Shown here: positions 8,039-16,814 of the stretch, in pieces
How the letters are laid out: each line of letters starts with the position of its first letter
How positions within the stretch are numbered: the stretch's first letter is position 1
IMG/VR virus record: IMGVR_UViG_3300046462_000479
Source: a virus
Taxonomy: Duplodnaviria > Heunggongvirae > Uroviricota > Caudoviricetes
Strand: one strand, 5' to 3'
Length of the DNA: 64,000 nucleotides
Notes under the pieces: model-generated
Seen by the model: the letters and a program-made list of their open reading frames with translations, nothing else
Databases searched by the model: none
What the model was told of the DNA's origin: nothing
Translations under genes and position numbers: made by a program

Positions 8039-8054
8039 GTGTGACATGTCACGC
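8039..8054. repeat. palindrome variant ...CACGC; its central ATG is the start of the next gene
   Basis: One mismatch. Confidence 0.85.
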
Positions 8055-8870
8055 CAATGGGGCATAAGAGAACCGGGCGACCATAAGGTCGTCTGCAAGG
8101 GTTGCGGCACCTTGTTTTACACGCGTGACGGCAAGAAGGCGTATCACTCTCCCGAATGTTCGCAAAACGACCAGAATCGGAAAAAGTCTGCGTCCAATAA
8201 AGGCAAGGCGTTCGAGTTGCGTCGCATGTCTCGCCAGTCGCGGATGCGTGGTTCGACGAGCTTGTTTGATTGGGACCTTGATCCTGACGTGACACGAGCA
8301 GATGATCCGTATGCGCGAGTGTACGATCAGCTGGTGGGGGCTGGGGATGGGACCGCGGACGTTTTGCGGCTTCTTTCCAGGGGGATCGTCTGGGGCAAGC
8401 ACGCCGAGTGTGACATGCCGGAACGGTTCGAAGACCGTCTGATGATCCGGCTGCGGTCGATGGTCGCGAAGCATTGCGGTGTTTCTGAGGTCGATTATCT
8501 GGGGAGGTCCAAGATGGAGCCAAGGCTGCCTGGCATTCAGGTGATCAAGGTCGAGGACGGGTTCGCGGAATCGGTCACTCCGCCCGTCTGCGATTTCTGC
8601 GGGGACATAGGACCCGAGTGGGAGTACGGGTGCGAAGATTTCTACATCGAGGAGATACCGTCCCCGTTCGGGGGGCGGTGTTGGGCGTCCACGGGAGAGT
8701 TCCTGGCCTGCAATGAGTGCTCGGGTCTGATCGACCGGAAGTCAAAGGCGAGCCTGCTGGTTCGGGCCGCTTTCGTTCTGCATTCCGACGAGAAGATGTT
8801 GGAGCAGTCCTCGCGGATCATGCAGGGATTCTTCGACCATATGACCGGAGAAAAGAGGCCGTTTGGCTGA
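8046..8870 (+). CDS. Zn-finger/Cys-rich hypothetical protein (274 aa)
   Basis: CKGCG...HSPEC; C-terminal CDFCGD...CNECS. Confidence 0.6.
   Translation: MSRQWGIREPGDHKVVCKGCGTLFYTRDGKKAYHSPECSQNDQNRKKSASNKGKAFELRRMSRQSRMRGSTSLFDWDLDPDVTRADDPYARVYDQLVGAGDGTADVLRLLSRGIVWGKHAECDMPERFEDRLMIRLRSMVAKHCGVSEVDYLGRSKMEPRLPGIQVIKVEDGFAESVTPPVCDFCGDIGPEWEYGCEDFYIEEIPSPFGGRCWASTGEFLACNECSGLIDRKSKASLLVRAAFVLHSDEKMLEQSSRIMQGFFDHMTGEKRPFG
8408..8417. repeat. isolated half-site GTGTGACATG inside a CDS
   Basis: Half of the palindrome only. Confidence 0.3.
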
Positions 8871-9039
8871 GCGTCAGTCACCATCTCGTGGATTAACGAA
8901 CCATCACTCAATTCGTCTCACAAAAGGCGACGAGGCATTCGTCGAGCTGATTAGGGCAGAGTTGGGTGCGGGGAAAGGAGAGGCTATCAGGACAGCCATC
9001 CGCGTGTACGCGGGCATCCTGATGCAAAAGAAAAAGTAG
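8863..9039 (+). CDS. putative ribbon-helix-helix (CopG/Arc-like) protein, ~58 aa, TTG start (unannotated)
   Basis: IRLTKGDEAFVELIRAELGAGKGEAIRTAIRVYAGIL. Confidence 0.35.
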   Translation: MAERQSPSRGLTNHHSIRLTKGDEAFVELIRAELGAGKGEAIRTAIRVYAGILMQKKK

Positions 9040-9040
9040 A

Positions 9041-9056
9041 GTGTGACATGTCACAC
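9041..9056. repeat. 16-bp palindrome
   Basis: Perfect match; the Ku GTG start is 14 nt downstream. Confidence 0.9.
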
Positions 9057-9912
9057 AGGGAGGTTCGCTGTGAAGACGATAATCAACGCGACGGTGCAGT
9101 TCGGGATGGCTGCCATCCCGGTGGCCGTTGCGTCAGCTCTGAACACGACGAACGATCCGTCGTTCAAGCTGTTGCATGAGCCGTGCCATCAGCCGGTGTC
9201 GAGGTCTGGTGGGGGCGGCTCGAACGGTGGCGGCTACTACTGCCATCACTGTGACACGTCTGCGGACGTGACGGTGCACGGTTTCGAGTACGCAAAGGGC
9301 GAGTTCGTCTGGTTCACGGACGCGGAGATGGCGAACGTGAAGCCGGACCGGGAGCCGGTGATCGTGCTGAAGAAGTTCGTGAAGGCGACGTCGATCAAGC
9401 CGGTGATGGTCGACAAGCACTACTTCTTGAAGCCGTCCGAGATGGCAGCGCTGGCTGACCCCTACGGGCAGCTGTACTCGGCGCTGGCGAAGCTGAAGGT
9501 GGCTGGTGTGGGCACGCAGACGCTGTGGGGGAAGGAGCATCCCTGTGCGATCGTGGCCAACCAGGACTACGCCTCAGGTGGGGTGCTGATGATGCTGACG
9601 CTGATGCTGGCAGAGGATCTGGTTGATCCAGACTTTGCTGCTCCGGTGCCGTCGGCGGCCCTGCGTGCGTCTGCGCAGACGGCGGTGGCCGGTCTGATCG
9701 ACGAGTTGAGGCCGGAAGATGACTTGGTGTCGGAGTCGCGTGACCGGACGAAGGACGCGATCACGGCCAAGGTCGAGGGCCGCGAGATCGCTGTCGTGAG
9801 GCCGCAGGAGACGCTGGAACCGGTGATGGATATCGGGCAGGCGTTGCAGCAGGAGATCGCGGCCCGCAAGAAGGCGTCGAAGCCGAAGCCGAAAGCGAGG
9901 GCGAAGGCATGA
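9043..9912 (+). CDS. ku: Ku-like DNA end-binding protein (the likely real start is the GTG at ~9070)
   Basis: FGMAAIPVAV...SFKLLHEPC...YFLKPSE...MLTLMLAEDLVDPDF align with the bacterial Ku core. Confidence 0.85.
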   Translation: MTCHTGRFAVKTIINATVQFGMAAIPVAVASALNTTNDPSFKLLHEPCHQPVSRSGGGGSNGGGYYCHHCDTSADVTVHGFEYAKGEFVWFTDAEMANVKPDREPVIVLKKFVKATSIKPVMVDKHYFLKPSEMAALADPYGQLYSALAKLKVAGVGTQTLWGKEHPCAIVANQDYASGGVLMMLTLMLAEDLVDPDFAAPVPSAALRASAQTAVAGLIDELRPEDDLVSESRDRTKDAITAKVEGREIAVVRPQETLEPVMDIGQALQQEIAARKKASKPKPKARAKA

Positions 9913-10262
9913 GTATCTCTTCGGGCGACATTGGTCGCCTGTCCGTCGAGCTGCAGGCCCGCTTCCCGGAAGAGGACAACGCGTCCCGTCTGGACGGCTG
10001 GCTGGCGTCAGCTGATATCGACGAGGAGGCGTTCGAGACGCTGATCCAGTCGGCAATCACCGGGTTTTTGCAGCTGTTGCAGGAACGCATCCAGAAAGGG
10101 GGTGACGAGAGGATCGAAGCAGAGGACGCCGACGGTCGCCGGATCGAGATGTTCGGGCTGGACGTCGGCAGCCTGGTCGGCAGCATCGCTTGCAACATGT
10201 TCATTCTCGGTTTCGAAACAGCGACCGAGTACGGCAAGCGTGACATGTCACACGTCGAGTAA
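9909..10262 (+). CDS. hypothetical protein (117 aa)
   Basis: ATGA overlap with ku. Confidence 0.5.
   Translation: MSISSGDIGRLSVELQARFPEEDNASRLDGWLASADIDEEAFETLIQSAITGFLQLLQERIQKGGDERIEAEDADGRRIEMFGLDVGSLVGSIACNMFILGFETATEYGKRDMSHVE
10238..10253. repeat. palindrome variant GCGTGACATGTCACAC
   Basis: One mismatch. Confidence 0.85.
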
Positions 10263-10271
10263 AGGAGAACA

Positions 10272-10607
10272 ATGGACGGTTTGATCCGTCAGGGCGACAT
10301 CATGCTCGTCCCGGTCACAGACAAGTACACGATCGGCATGGTGCGCAAGTCGGTCAAGCAGCGGAAGCGGACCGGGGAAGGTCTGATCGTTGCCGAGGGT
10401 GAGGCGACCGGACATCATCATCGGGTGCGCACCAAGGGTGTGCGGCTGGTCGAGGTCGGCGGCACCTTGTATCTGCAGGGGCCGGAGTCGAAGCTGGAGC
10501 ATGAGGAGCATGAGACGCTGACGGTCCCGAAGGGGACGCACCGGATCGTGCAGCAGCGCGAGCACGCTCCTTCTGTGCCGACCCGGCAGACGTACGTCAG
10601 GGACTAG
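10272..10607 (+). CDS. hypothetical protein (111 aa)
   Basis: SD AAAGGAGAACAATG. Confidence 0.55.
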   Translation: MDGLIRQGDIMLVPVTDKYTIGMVRKSVKQRKRTGEGLIVAEGEATGHHHRVRTKGVRLVEVGGTLYLQGPESKLEHEEHETLTVPKGTHRIVQQREHAPSVPTRQTYVRD

Positions 10608-10609
10608 CA

Positions 10610-11410
10610 GTGACGGGAAGAAGCGGGGCGGGGAAGCCTAGCTCTTCTCCGCCTCTTCCCGACAAGACGCTCGGCCGCATGATCAAGCGGCTGCGCTCGC
10701 AGTACAAGTGGCGTAACTACTGGCGTAACCCGAATGTCCGCACGTTCACGGACAGGGAGATCATGCAGGCGTTGGGGCTGGACCGGAAACGGTTCAACGC
10801 CTGTGTGCGTGCGGCGCCAGCCCATTCGGGGCGTCCATGGAACAAGGAGTCGTGTCTGGCCGCGTTCGAGAAGTTCGTGGACAAGGAGAAGCGGTGGCCA
10901 CACAAGAAGGACTTCCGGAACTGGCGGCAGACGGGGCTTCCGTACCCAGAAACGACCGACAACTGGTGCAGGGACTGGGGCAACAACGTCCGCGGATCGG
11001 TGTGGGTTGTTGACGAGTACTGCCGGAAGTATCCGCACCGGGTGACGACGATGATGGCTATGTCGATCCCGAACCTGACGACCCGCCGCAACGTGCTGCA
11101 ACGGTTGGGCGCGAAGAAGCTGTTGAAAGAAGGAGGTGGCAAAGTTGTGCAGCAGGACGATTTCGGGAAACTGTGGCGGATCGACGCGACCGACGGCGTC
11201 GACAACCGCATCCAGTTCGTCGAGGTCGTCAACAAGAGCCCACGCATAAACGAGGACACAGGCAGGGTGGTGGTCGACCGGAAAGGCAACCTGGTGTTCG
11301 ACCACTATTTCCTGCGTGTTCCTCCGGACATCCGTTCCGCGAAGGATGCCGTGGCTTGGACGGTAAGCGTTCCGGCCGAACGGTTCGTGGGTTTCGCGGC
11401 CGAATCATAA
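10610..11410 (+). CDS. hypothetical Trp-rich protein (266 aa)
   Basis: ORF track. Confidence 0.55.
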   Translation: MTGRSGAGKPSSSPPLPDKTLGRMIKRLRSQYKWRNYWRNPNVRTFTDREIMQALGLDRKRFNACVRAAPAHSGRPWNKESCLAAFEKFVDKEKRWPHKKDFRNWRQTGLPYPETTDNWCRDWGNNVRGSVWVVDEYCRKYPHRVTTMMAMSIPNLTTRRNVLQRLGAKKLLKEGGGKVVQQDDFGKLWRIDATDGVDNRIQFVEVVNKSPRINEDTGRVVVDRKGNLVFDHYFLRVPPDIRSAKDAVAWTVSVPAERFVGFAAES

Positions 11411-11413
11411 CCA

Positions 11414-11429
11414 GTGTGACTTGTCACAC
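11414..11429. repeat. palindrome variant (centre TT), with the same 33-bp block as at 7327
   Basis: Identical flank CCTAGCGGAAGGAA. Confidence 0.85.
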
Positions 11430-11450
11430 TCCTAGCGGAAGGAAACAACT

Positions 11451-11846
11451 GTGAGTGACGACACAAAGCAGACGCTGACGTTCAAGACGACGGACGTCGT
11501 CAAGTCGTTGGAGACGGAGCTGCAGACCCGCGCGGACAAGCGGGCGGCAGCCAAGGAGAAGCAGGACGCCGAGAACAAGAAGAAGTTCGACCAGCTGGTC
11601 GGCCTGATGGGCGACGTGCCGGAGTTCCTCGTCTGGATAGTGAAGGAGGTCAACACCTGCTGGGGTCACGGCAACGTCGGCTCGGAGCAGTTCGACGAGC
11701 ATATCCGCAACACCTACAAGGCGCAGACGGACGGGTCCACGTCCGGCCCGGACACGGATCTGAAGCGGCTGATCCGCGTCTACCAGCTGACGACAGACGA
11801 GACGGTGGTGCTGGCACCGCAGGACGAACCGTACTACTACCTCTAG
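11451..11846 (+). CDS. hypothetical protein (131 aa), GTG start
   Basis: ORF track. Confidence 0.55.
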   Translation: MSDDTKQTLTFKTTDVVKSLETELQTRADKRAAAKEKQDAENKKKFDQLVGLMGDVPEFLVWIVKEVNTCWGHGNVGSEQFDEHIRNTYKAQTDGSTSGPDTDLKRLIRVYQLTTDETVVLAPQDEPYYYL

Positions 11847-11861
11847 ACCGAAGGAGCAGGA

Positions 11862-13400
11862 GTGGCCAAAGCTAACAGCCTGGTCGCTGAGCGTTGGGCT
11901 CACGGCCTGGTCAGTAAGGGCGTGGCCGCGCACCTGTGGGGGGGCACCGTTGTCATCGACGACAGCGGTGTCCTCCACTATCACCGTAAAGGCGGTGATC
12001 GCAGGTATGCGTGGGGGCCTGTCGTGTTGGGCCGGTATCTACCTAAGTCCCGGACGGTGCTGCTGAACGGGGACGGGTTCACGGACCGGCACGCGACCGA
12101 CTGGCAGACGAATCTACGAAACGAGGTGCGCAGACAAGTTCACGCCAATCCGGACAGCAAGTATGTCCGCAATGTGGCCATCGTGCCGTTCGCTGCTTTG
12201 GAGGCGGCCGGGGTCACGGTCGACACGTTCCGTCCCATCCATGTTGTCCAGGACGAAAACGAGCAGGTGTTCCGCCGTCTTCCGCACGTCACCAAGTCGG
12301 AACTGGAGCCGATCGGCGTCCACCAGGAGAAAGACGCTAGGTGGTTGTGGCAGGGGTCGGTGGAAGGACGGCAGTACCAGTACACCGAGTTCGGCGTGTA
12401 CGGATACGTAAACACGAGGACGGGCGAGAAAACAAATGACCGTGACGTCTATGGCGGCTGGCCTCGTTCTGAGTTGAAGTGGCAGGTCGTCGCCCACAGG
12501 GAAACGAATCAGTCGTGGACGGCACGCCAGGCGGTCGGAGGGTGGGCGTGGGTGCGTTCGCTTCCCACCCAGGAGGCGTTTGCCGCGTTAGTACAGGAGC
12601 GTGTCACTGCCAATATCTCCTCGTTGCGGACGGGAAGGCCTTTGAATGTTGGTCCTCTCCCGGAAGAGCCGGGCATGTACATGATCGAGGATATCCACCA
12701 CCTCGGCGCCTGCCTGTTTTCGGCTGAGAGCGTGGATGGCGGCCGCCACAAGTTCTTGTCGGCGTTCGACGAGGCCGAGCCGCAGCAGATGTATTTCCTC
12801 GCTCAGCTTCCGGACGGGTCGGGTGCGAAAACGTATGGGGAGGCGCTGTTGGCGTTGGCTCCTCCGATCGTGCATCAGGCAAGGCTGGAGGGAAGGAACG
12901 TGTTCCGGCAGGGCGACGTGTTCGCCATCGAAACGACTATGAGCGACGGGGAGGTGTATGCGCTAGCGAAAACACGGGTCCGGCGGAACGTCGTCATGTA
13001 TGCCGACACCGTCCACCAGATGGTCGCGGTGATAAACGGGACCGGGACAGAGCCGACGGTACGAGCTGGCGAACTCAGAGAGAAGGTGGAGTGTCCGTGT
13101 AAGTGCGGGCATAAGCGGTGGATCGGCTGGGGGCCGAAAGCGAAGCGGGCCCTGTCGATCTACCGGACCGGACATACGGCCGACGAGGTGGTGGTGTCCG
13201 CGAAAGGCACCACCTACGTCAGGGGACAGATGTACCACGATCCCGGTTTGGAAGATCCGGGGCGGCGGGAGGAGCATCAGTCTGTCGTTCTCGGCAGCGG
13301 GAAGTGGTGTATCGCTGTCCGTAATACGGTTCCGCGCCAGTCGGCGCGGCGGGCCCGGCAGCAGGCCGAGGCAACTACGAGAGAGGAGACACCGGTATGA
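11862..13400 (+). CDS. large hypothetical early protein (512 aa)
   Basis: Long ORF with good composition; C-terminal CPCKCGH; no motif recognised. Confidence 0.65.
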   Translation: MAKANSLVAERWAHGLVSKGVAAHLWGGTVVIDDSGVLHYHRKGGDRRYAWGPVVLGRYLPKSRTVLLNGDGFTDRHATDWQTNLRNEVRRQVHANPDSKYVRNVAIVPFAALEAAGVTVDTFRPIHVVQDENEQVFRRLPHVTKSELEPIGVHQEKDARWLWQGSVEGRQYQYTEFGVYGYVNTRTGEKTNDRDVYGGWPRSELKWQVVAHRETNQSWTARQAVGGWAWVRSLPTQEAFAALVQERVTANISSLRTGRPLNVGPLPEEPGMYMIEDIHHLGACLFSAESVDGGRHKFLSAFDEAEPQQMYFLAQLPDGSGAKTYGEALLALAPPIVHQARLEGRNVFRQGDVFAIETTMSDGEVYALAKTRVRRNVVMYADTVHQMVAVINGTGTEPTVRAGELREKVECPCKCGHKRWIGWGPKAKRALSIYRTGHTADEVVVSAKGTTYVRGQMYHDPGLEDPGRREEHQSVVLGSGKWCIAVRNTVPRQSARRARQQAEATTREETPV

Positions 13401-13585
13401 ATCCGGAGTTCGAGTGTGAGTGTTGCGGTAAGCCGTTGAACGAGAACGGCCATTGCATCAACATCGATTGCAAGGTCGCGCAGGACCAGGCTGCGCAGGG
13501 TGCGGCCAGGTCGACCAGGAAGGCGACAACGTTGGCTGCGGCGAACAACCCGCGGGCGTTTACGTCGTCGGGACGTGTCGACTAG
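13397..13585 (+). CDS. small Cys-rich protein (62 aa)
   Basis: CECCGK...HCINIDC. Confidence 0.45.
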   Translation: MNPEFECECCGKPLNENGHCINIDCKVAQDQAAQGAARSTRKATTLAAANNPRAFTSSGRVD

Positions 13586-13639
13586 CGTCATGCTGTAAGA
13601 CCGGGGGACCTCCTTGCGGTGGGGTCCCTTGGTGTTGCA

Positions 13640-13655
13640 GTGTGACAAGTGTCAT
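13640..13655. repeat. degenerate palindrome (half-site GTGTGACA + AGTGTCAT), followed by an unusually AT-rich 30 nt
   Basis: Half-site only. Confidence 0.3.
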
Positions 13656-13677
13656 TAAGAAATGATTTCAAATTTTG

Positions 13678-13770
13678 TGAGTACAACCGATTGGCAAAAC
13701 TGGCTGGTGGCCGCTTCGGCTCTGGTGGTTGTGGTCATCGTGGGAGTAGTGATGTGGCGTGGACATTAAG
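13678..13770 (+). CDS. 30-aa membrane peptide (GTG start)
   Basis: VSTTDWQNWLVAASALVVVVIVGVVMWRGH. Confidence 0.3.
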
Positions 13771-14301
13771 GTGATTTCTGGCGGTCAGATCGGCGCGGAC
13801 ATTGCGGGTTTGCGGGCCGCGCATAAGGTTGGTTTGGAGACGGGCGGATGGATGCCGTACGGGTACCGGACGCTGTTGGAGCCGTTGCCTGTCGATCTGG
13901 TGGAGCGGTACGGGTTGTCTCAGACGACAACGACGGACTATCCGACGCGGACGCAGATGAACGTGGTTGGGTCGGATGCGACGATCCGGTTTGCGCATCA
14001 TTGGTATACGGCGGGGGAGCGGCTGACCCAGAACCTGCTGGTGAAGAACATGCGTCCCCGTTGGGATGTTGAGTTGCGGCAGGTTCCGGTGGAGGGGAAG
14101 CTGCGGCAGATGCGGTGGACGGTGTTCGGGTTCCCGGATCTGCAGGTTGAGGAGTTCGCTGCGGTGACGGCGGAGTGGGTGCGGGACACGTTGCCTGCGG
14201 AGGGCGGCGTGTTGAACGTGGCCGGGAACGCCGACCTGTCGATCGAGACTGTAGTGGAGGAGTTCCTAGTGTTGGTGTTCGAGCGGCTAAAGACAGTGTG
14301 A
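13759..14301 (+). CDS. SLOG-family / putative molybdenum-cofactor-carrier-like (YpsA-like) protein
   Basis: VISGGQIGADIAGLRAAHKVGLETGGWMP...DATIRF. Confidence 0.65.
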   Translation: MDIKVISGGQIGADIAGLRAAHKVGLETGGWMPYGYRTLLEPLPVDLVERYGLSQTTTTDYPTRTQMNVVGSDATIRFAHHWYTAGERLTQNLLVKNMRPRWDVELRQVPVEGKLRQMRWTVFGFPDLQVEEFAAVTAEWVRDTLPAEGGVLNVAGNADLSIETVVEEFLVLVFERLKTV

Positions 14302-14311
14302 CATGTCACAC
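14296..14311. repeat. 16-bp palindrome
   Basis: Perfect match. Confidence 0.9.
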
Positions 14312-14323
14312 AGGAGGTGACTG

Positions 14324-14713
14324 GTGTTTGCGTCAATGGGTGCGTGGGACATAGCTCAGACCGCAGAGATCTTTCTTGGTTTGTGCATGATCGGCACCGT
14401 GATCGGGGCGATCATCTGGGTGCTCGTCAGGGAGGATAAGGGTCGTCCGATTTTGCCGTGGGGTGAGCGGATGCGCGTCGAGAAGGCGCACGCTCATACC
14501 GAGGTGTTGAAATCGCAGCTGGAACAGGACGGGCTGGAGGTTAAGCGGATCGGGTTGGACCATCACCGCAATTTGGTGATGAGGGCGTTGGAGCAGGGGG
14601 ACGATGAGATGGTGGCACATCTGACCTTGGGGAAGCCGAAACCGAAGCTGGAGAGGGGCGACGAGGAGGTTGTCGGCCAGGTCGTCAACGACGTGTGGGA
14701 GAACCGGTCGTGA
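14324..14713 (+). CDS. membrane protein (129 aa)
   Basis: N-terminal transmembrane segment; GTG after CAGGAGGTGACTG. Confidence 0.55.
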   Translation: MFASMGAWDIAQTAEIFLGLCMIGTVIGAIIWVLVREDKGRPILPWGERMRVEKAHAHTEVLKSQLEQDGLEVKRIGLDHHRNLVMRALEQGDDEMVAHLTLGKPKPKLERGDEEVVGQVVNDVWENRS

Positions 14714-15093
14714 GGGTCCGCTGGTTCGGCGAGTCGTGGCGTGCCCCGATCTGCGAGCCGGAGTATCAAGTCATCGTTCCGGTCGGGACGAAGTGTTTGG
14801 AGTGCACGAAGCCGATCAAAGCGTCGAGCCAGGGGCTTATCACGTCCTGCAGTCCGAGCATCTGGGGGTCGTGGATGATGCAGGTCGACGACGTTGACGT
14901 GACGGTGTGTTCCTACCATCTGCATTGTTGGTTGAAAGAGGTTGTGGGTGGGGAGATGAGCGCGAAGATTCTGGCTCGGATGGACTACCGGGTCACCGAC
15001 GACGAGATCGTGCCGGTCCAGTCTCCTGGGGCGGAAACAGTGGAACCTGGAAGGGGGTGGGGTCGTGAACGAGACGACGGAGACGATTCCTGA
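14695..15093 (+). CDS. Cys-rich hypothetical protein (132 aa)
   Basis: ORF track. Confidence 0.5.
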   Translation: MGEPVVRVRWFGESWRAPICEPEYQVIVPVGTKCLECTKPIKASSQGLITSCSPSIWGSWMMQVDDVDVTVCSYHLHCWLKEVVGGEMSAKILARMDYRVTDDEIVPVQSPGAETVEPGRGWGRERDDGDDS

Positions 15094-15304
15094 TTCGTAT
15101 CAGGCGTATGTTGAGGCTCGTCGGAAGGCTGCGGCGGAGAACCCGGAGCCTGACCCGTTTGTGACTGTGCGGTTGATGCGCGGCGACGTGAACATGTTGT
15201 TGGATCTGATGGCGGCACATGTGCGTGCGTATGGTCCGAAGACGCAGGAGGCGGGTGTGCGTTGCGCGAACGCGCTGGTTGCGTCTCTTCGTGTTGAGCC
15301 GTGA
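15065..15304 (+). CDS. hypothetical protein (79 aa)
   Basis: ORF track. Confidence 0.45.
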   Translation: MNETTETIPDSYQAYVEARRKAAAENPEPDPFVTVRLMRGDVNMLLDLMAAHVRAYGPKTQEAGVRCANALVASLRVEP

Positions 15305-15489
15305 GGTTTGTGGAGGACGGTGCGGTGATCGTTGTCGCCGTCTGGTGCATGTTCGGGTTCTTTTGGTTCCGTTACAGGAAGAGGAGGCAGCATCCTGACG
15401 CTTTAGAGCACATCCACGAGCTGGAAGAGCAGAACGTGGAGATCGACGAGTTCATCCACAAGATTCAAGACCGGGAGGTTCGGAAATGA
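15301..15489 (+). CDS. small membrane/coiled-coil protein (62 aa), translationally coupled to the SPFH gene
   Basis: Transmembrane segment then an acidic helix. Confidence 0.5.
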   Translation: MRFVEDGAVIVVAVWCMFGFFWFRYRKRRQHPDALEHIHELEEQNVEIDEFIHKIQDREVRK

Positions 15490-16412
15490 CTTGGATAATC
15501 CTGACGATCTTGTTTGCGATCGTCGGCGGCATCTCGTTGCTGGTGTGGTTGTTCGGAGACAAAGCTCCGGAGGGGTCGGATGAGATCAGTCCGAAGGCGT
15601 GGGGTGGGATCGCGACCGTCACCATCGGCGTGATCTGGCTGGTGATGACACTGTTTATGTCGGCGACACAGATCAGCGCCGGTCATGTCGGCGTGAAGTA
15701 TCAGTTCGGGAAGATCGTGGGGACGGTCCCTTCGGGCCTTCATGTTGTGGCACCGTGGATCAACGTGGTGTCGGCAAACACGCAGGTCCAGTCGCATACG
15801 TTCGACAACCTGACGTCGTTCTCGAAGGAGACGCAGGACGTGAACGTGACCGCGACCCTGAACTACAGCGTGAACCCGTCCGACGTGAAGAACTTGTACA
15901 CGACTGTCGGGTCGGACTGGTTCGACAAGCTGGTCGCTACCAGGGTGAACCAGTTCTTCAAGGACGAGACGGTTAAGTTTACTGCCGTAGAAATTGCTCC
16001 ACACCGCGACCAGATCCGCAAGGATGTGCGTTCTGTTCTGCGGTCTGCGTTGGCGCCGTACTCGGTGAACGTGGAGGATCTGCTGATCGACAACATTTCG
16101 TTTAGTCCTGCGTTCACGAACGCGATCCAGGACAAGCAGATCGCGACCCAGCAGGCGTTGGCTGCCCAGAACAGGGTGGCGACGGCGAAGTATAAGGCGC
16201 AGCAGATCATCGAGCAGGCGCAGGGACAGGCGAAGGCGAACCTGTTGAAGCGTCAGACGTTGACGCCGTTGCTAGTGGAGCAGAACGCGATCGACAAGCT
16301 GAACCCGAACGTGAGCGTGATCGTGGTCCCGTCGGGCGCGAACTTCATCCTGCCTGGCCTTGCTGCTGCTGCTGCAGCGTCGACGCCGACGGCTCCGACG
16401 AAGAAGCCGTAG
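15486..16412 (+). CDS. SPFH/band-7 (prohibitin/HflC-like) membrane protein
   Basis: N-terminal transmembrane segment; AGHVGVKYQFGKIVG...GLHVVAPWINVV core; C-terminal coiled coil. Confidence 0.8.
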   Translation: MTWIILTILFAIVGGISLLVWLFGDKAPEGSDEISPKAWGGIATVTIGVIWLVMTLFMSATQISAGHVGVKYQFGKIVGTVPSGLHVVAPWINVVSANTQVQSHTFDNLTSFSKETQDVNVTATLNYSVNPSDVKNLYTTVGSDWFDKLVATRVNQFFKDETVKFTAVEIAPHRDQIRKDVRSVLRSALAPYSVNVEDLLIDNISFSPAFTNAIQDKQIATQQALAAQNRVATAKYKAQQIIEQAQGQAKANLLKRQTLTPLLVEQNAIDKLNPNVSVIVVPSGANFILPGLAAAAAASTPTAPTKKP

Positions 16413-16417
16413 TCAAC

Positions 16418-16570
16418 ATGAGCGGGACAGTAGTTAAGCCGTGTACGTGTGCGTCGACACAGCAAGACAAGCTGTACGGACGCGGGCTGCGTCTTCACAA
16501 CCGAATGGTGAAGGATCGCCAAGAGAAGGGATCCCGCTGCACGGTCTGCGGTAAGGAGAAAACTCCCTAG
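16418..16570 (+). CDS. Zn-ribbon peptide (~50 aa; CTC...CTVCG), unannotated
   Basis: ATG after the stop of the SPFH gene. Confidence 0.4.
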   Translation: MSGTVVKPCTCASTQQDKLYGRGLRLHNRMVKDRQEKGSRCTVCGKEKTP

Positions 16571-16616
16571 TGGGACGTGTTCTTCTACGGGCCCAAGCTA
16601 TTCGAGAGGAGGACGC

Positions 16617-16814
16617 GTGATCAGCCGTCTGGTTGAGCGGGTGTTGAGTAGGTTCAATAACGAGGACCGTGAGCTGATCCTGCGCTGGCGGATCTGGAAG
16701 ATGCACTGGCTCCCGTACCGGACGGCCGAATGGATCAAGAACGATCAAGACGAGATGGTTCTCGGCCCGTGGAAATGGCATCTGCCGGACAAGATCACGA
16801 AGAAGTGGCCGTGA
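16617..16814 (+). CDS. hypothetical Trp-rich protein (65 aa)
   Basis: ORF track. Confidence 0.45.
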   Translation: MISRLVERVLSRFNNEDRELILRWRIWKMHWLPYRTAEWIKNDQDEMVLGPWKWHLPDKITKKWP

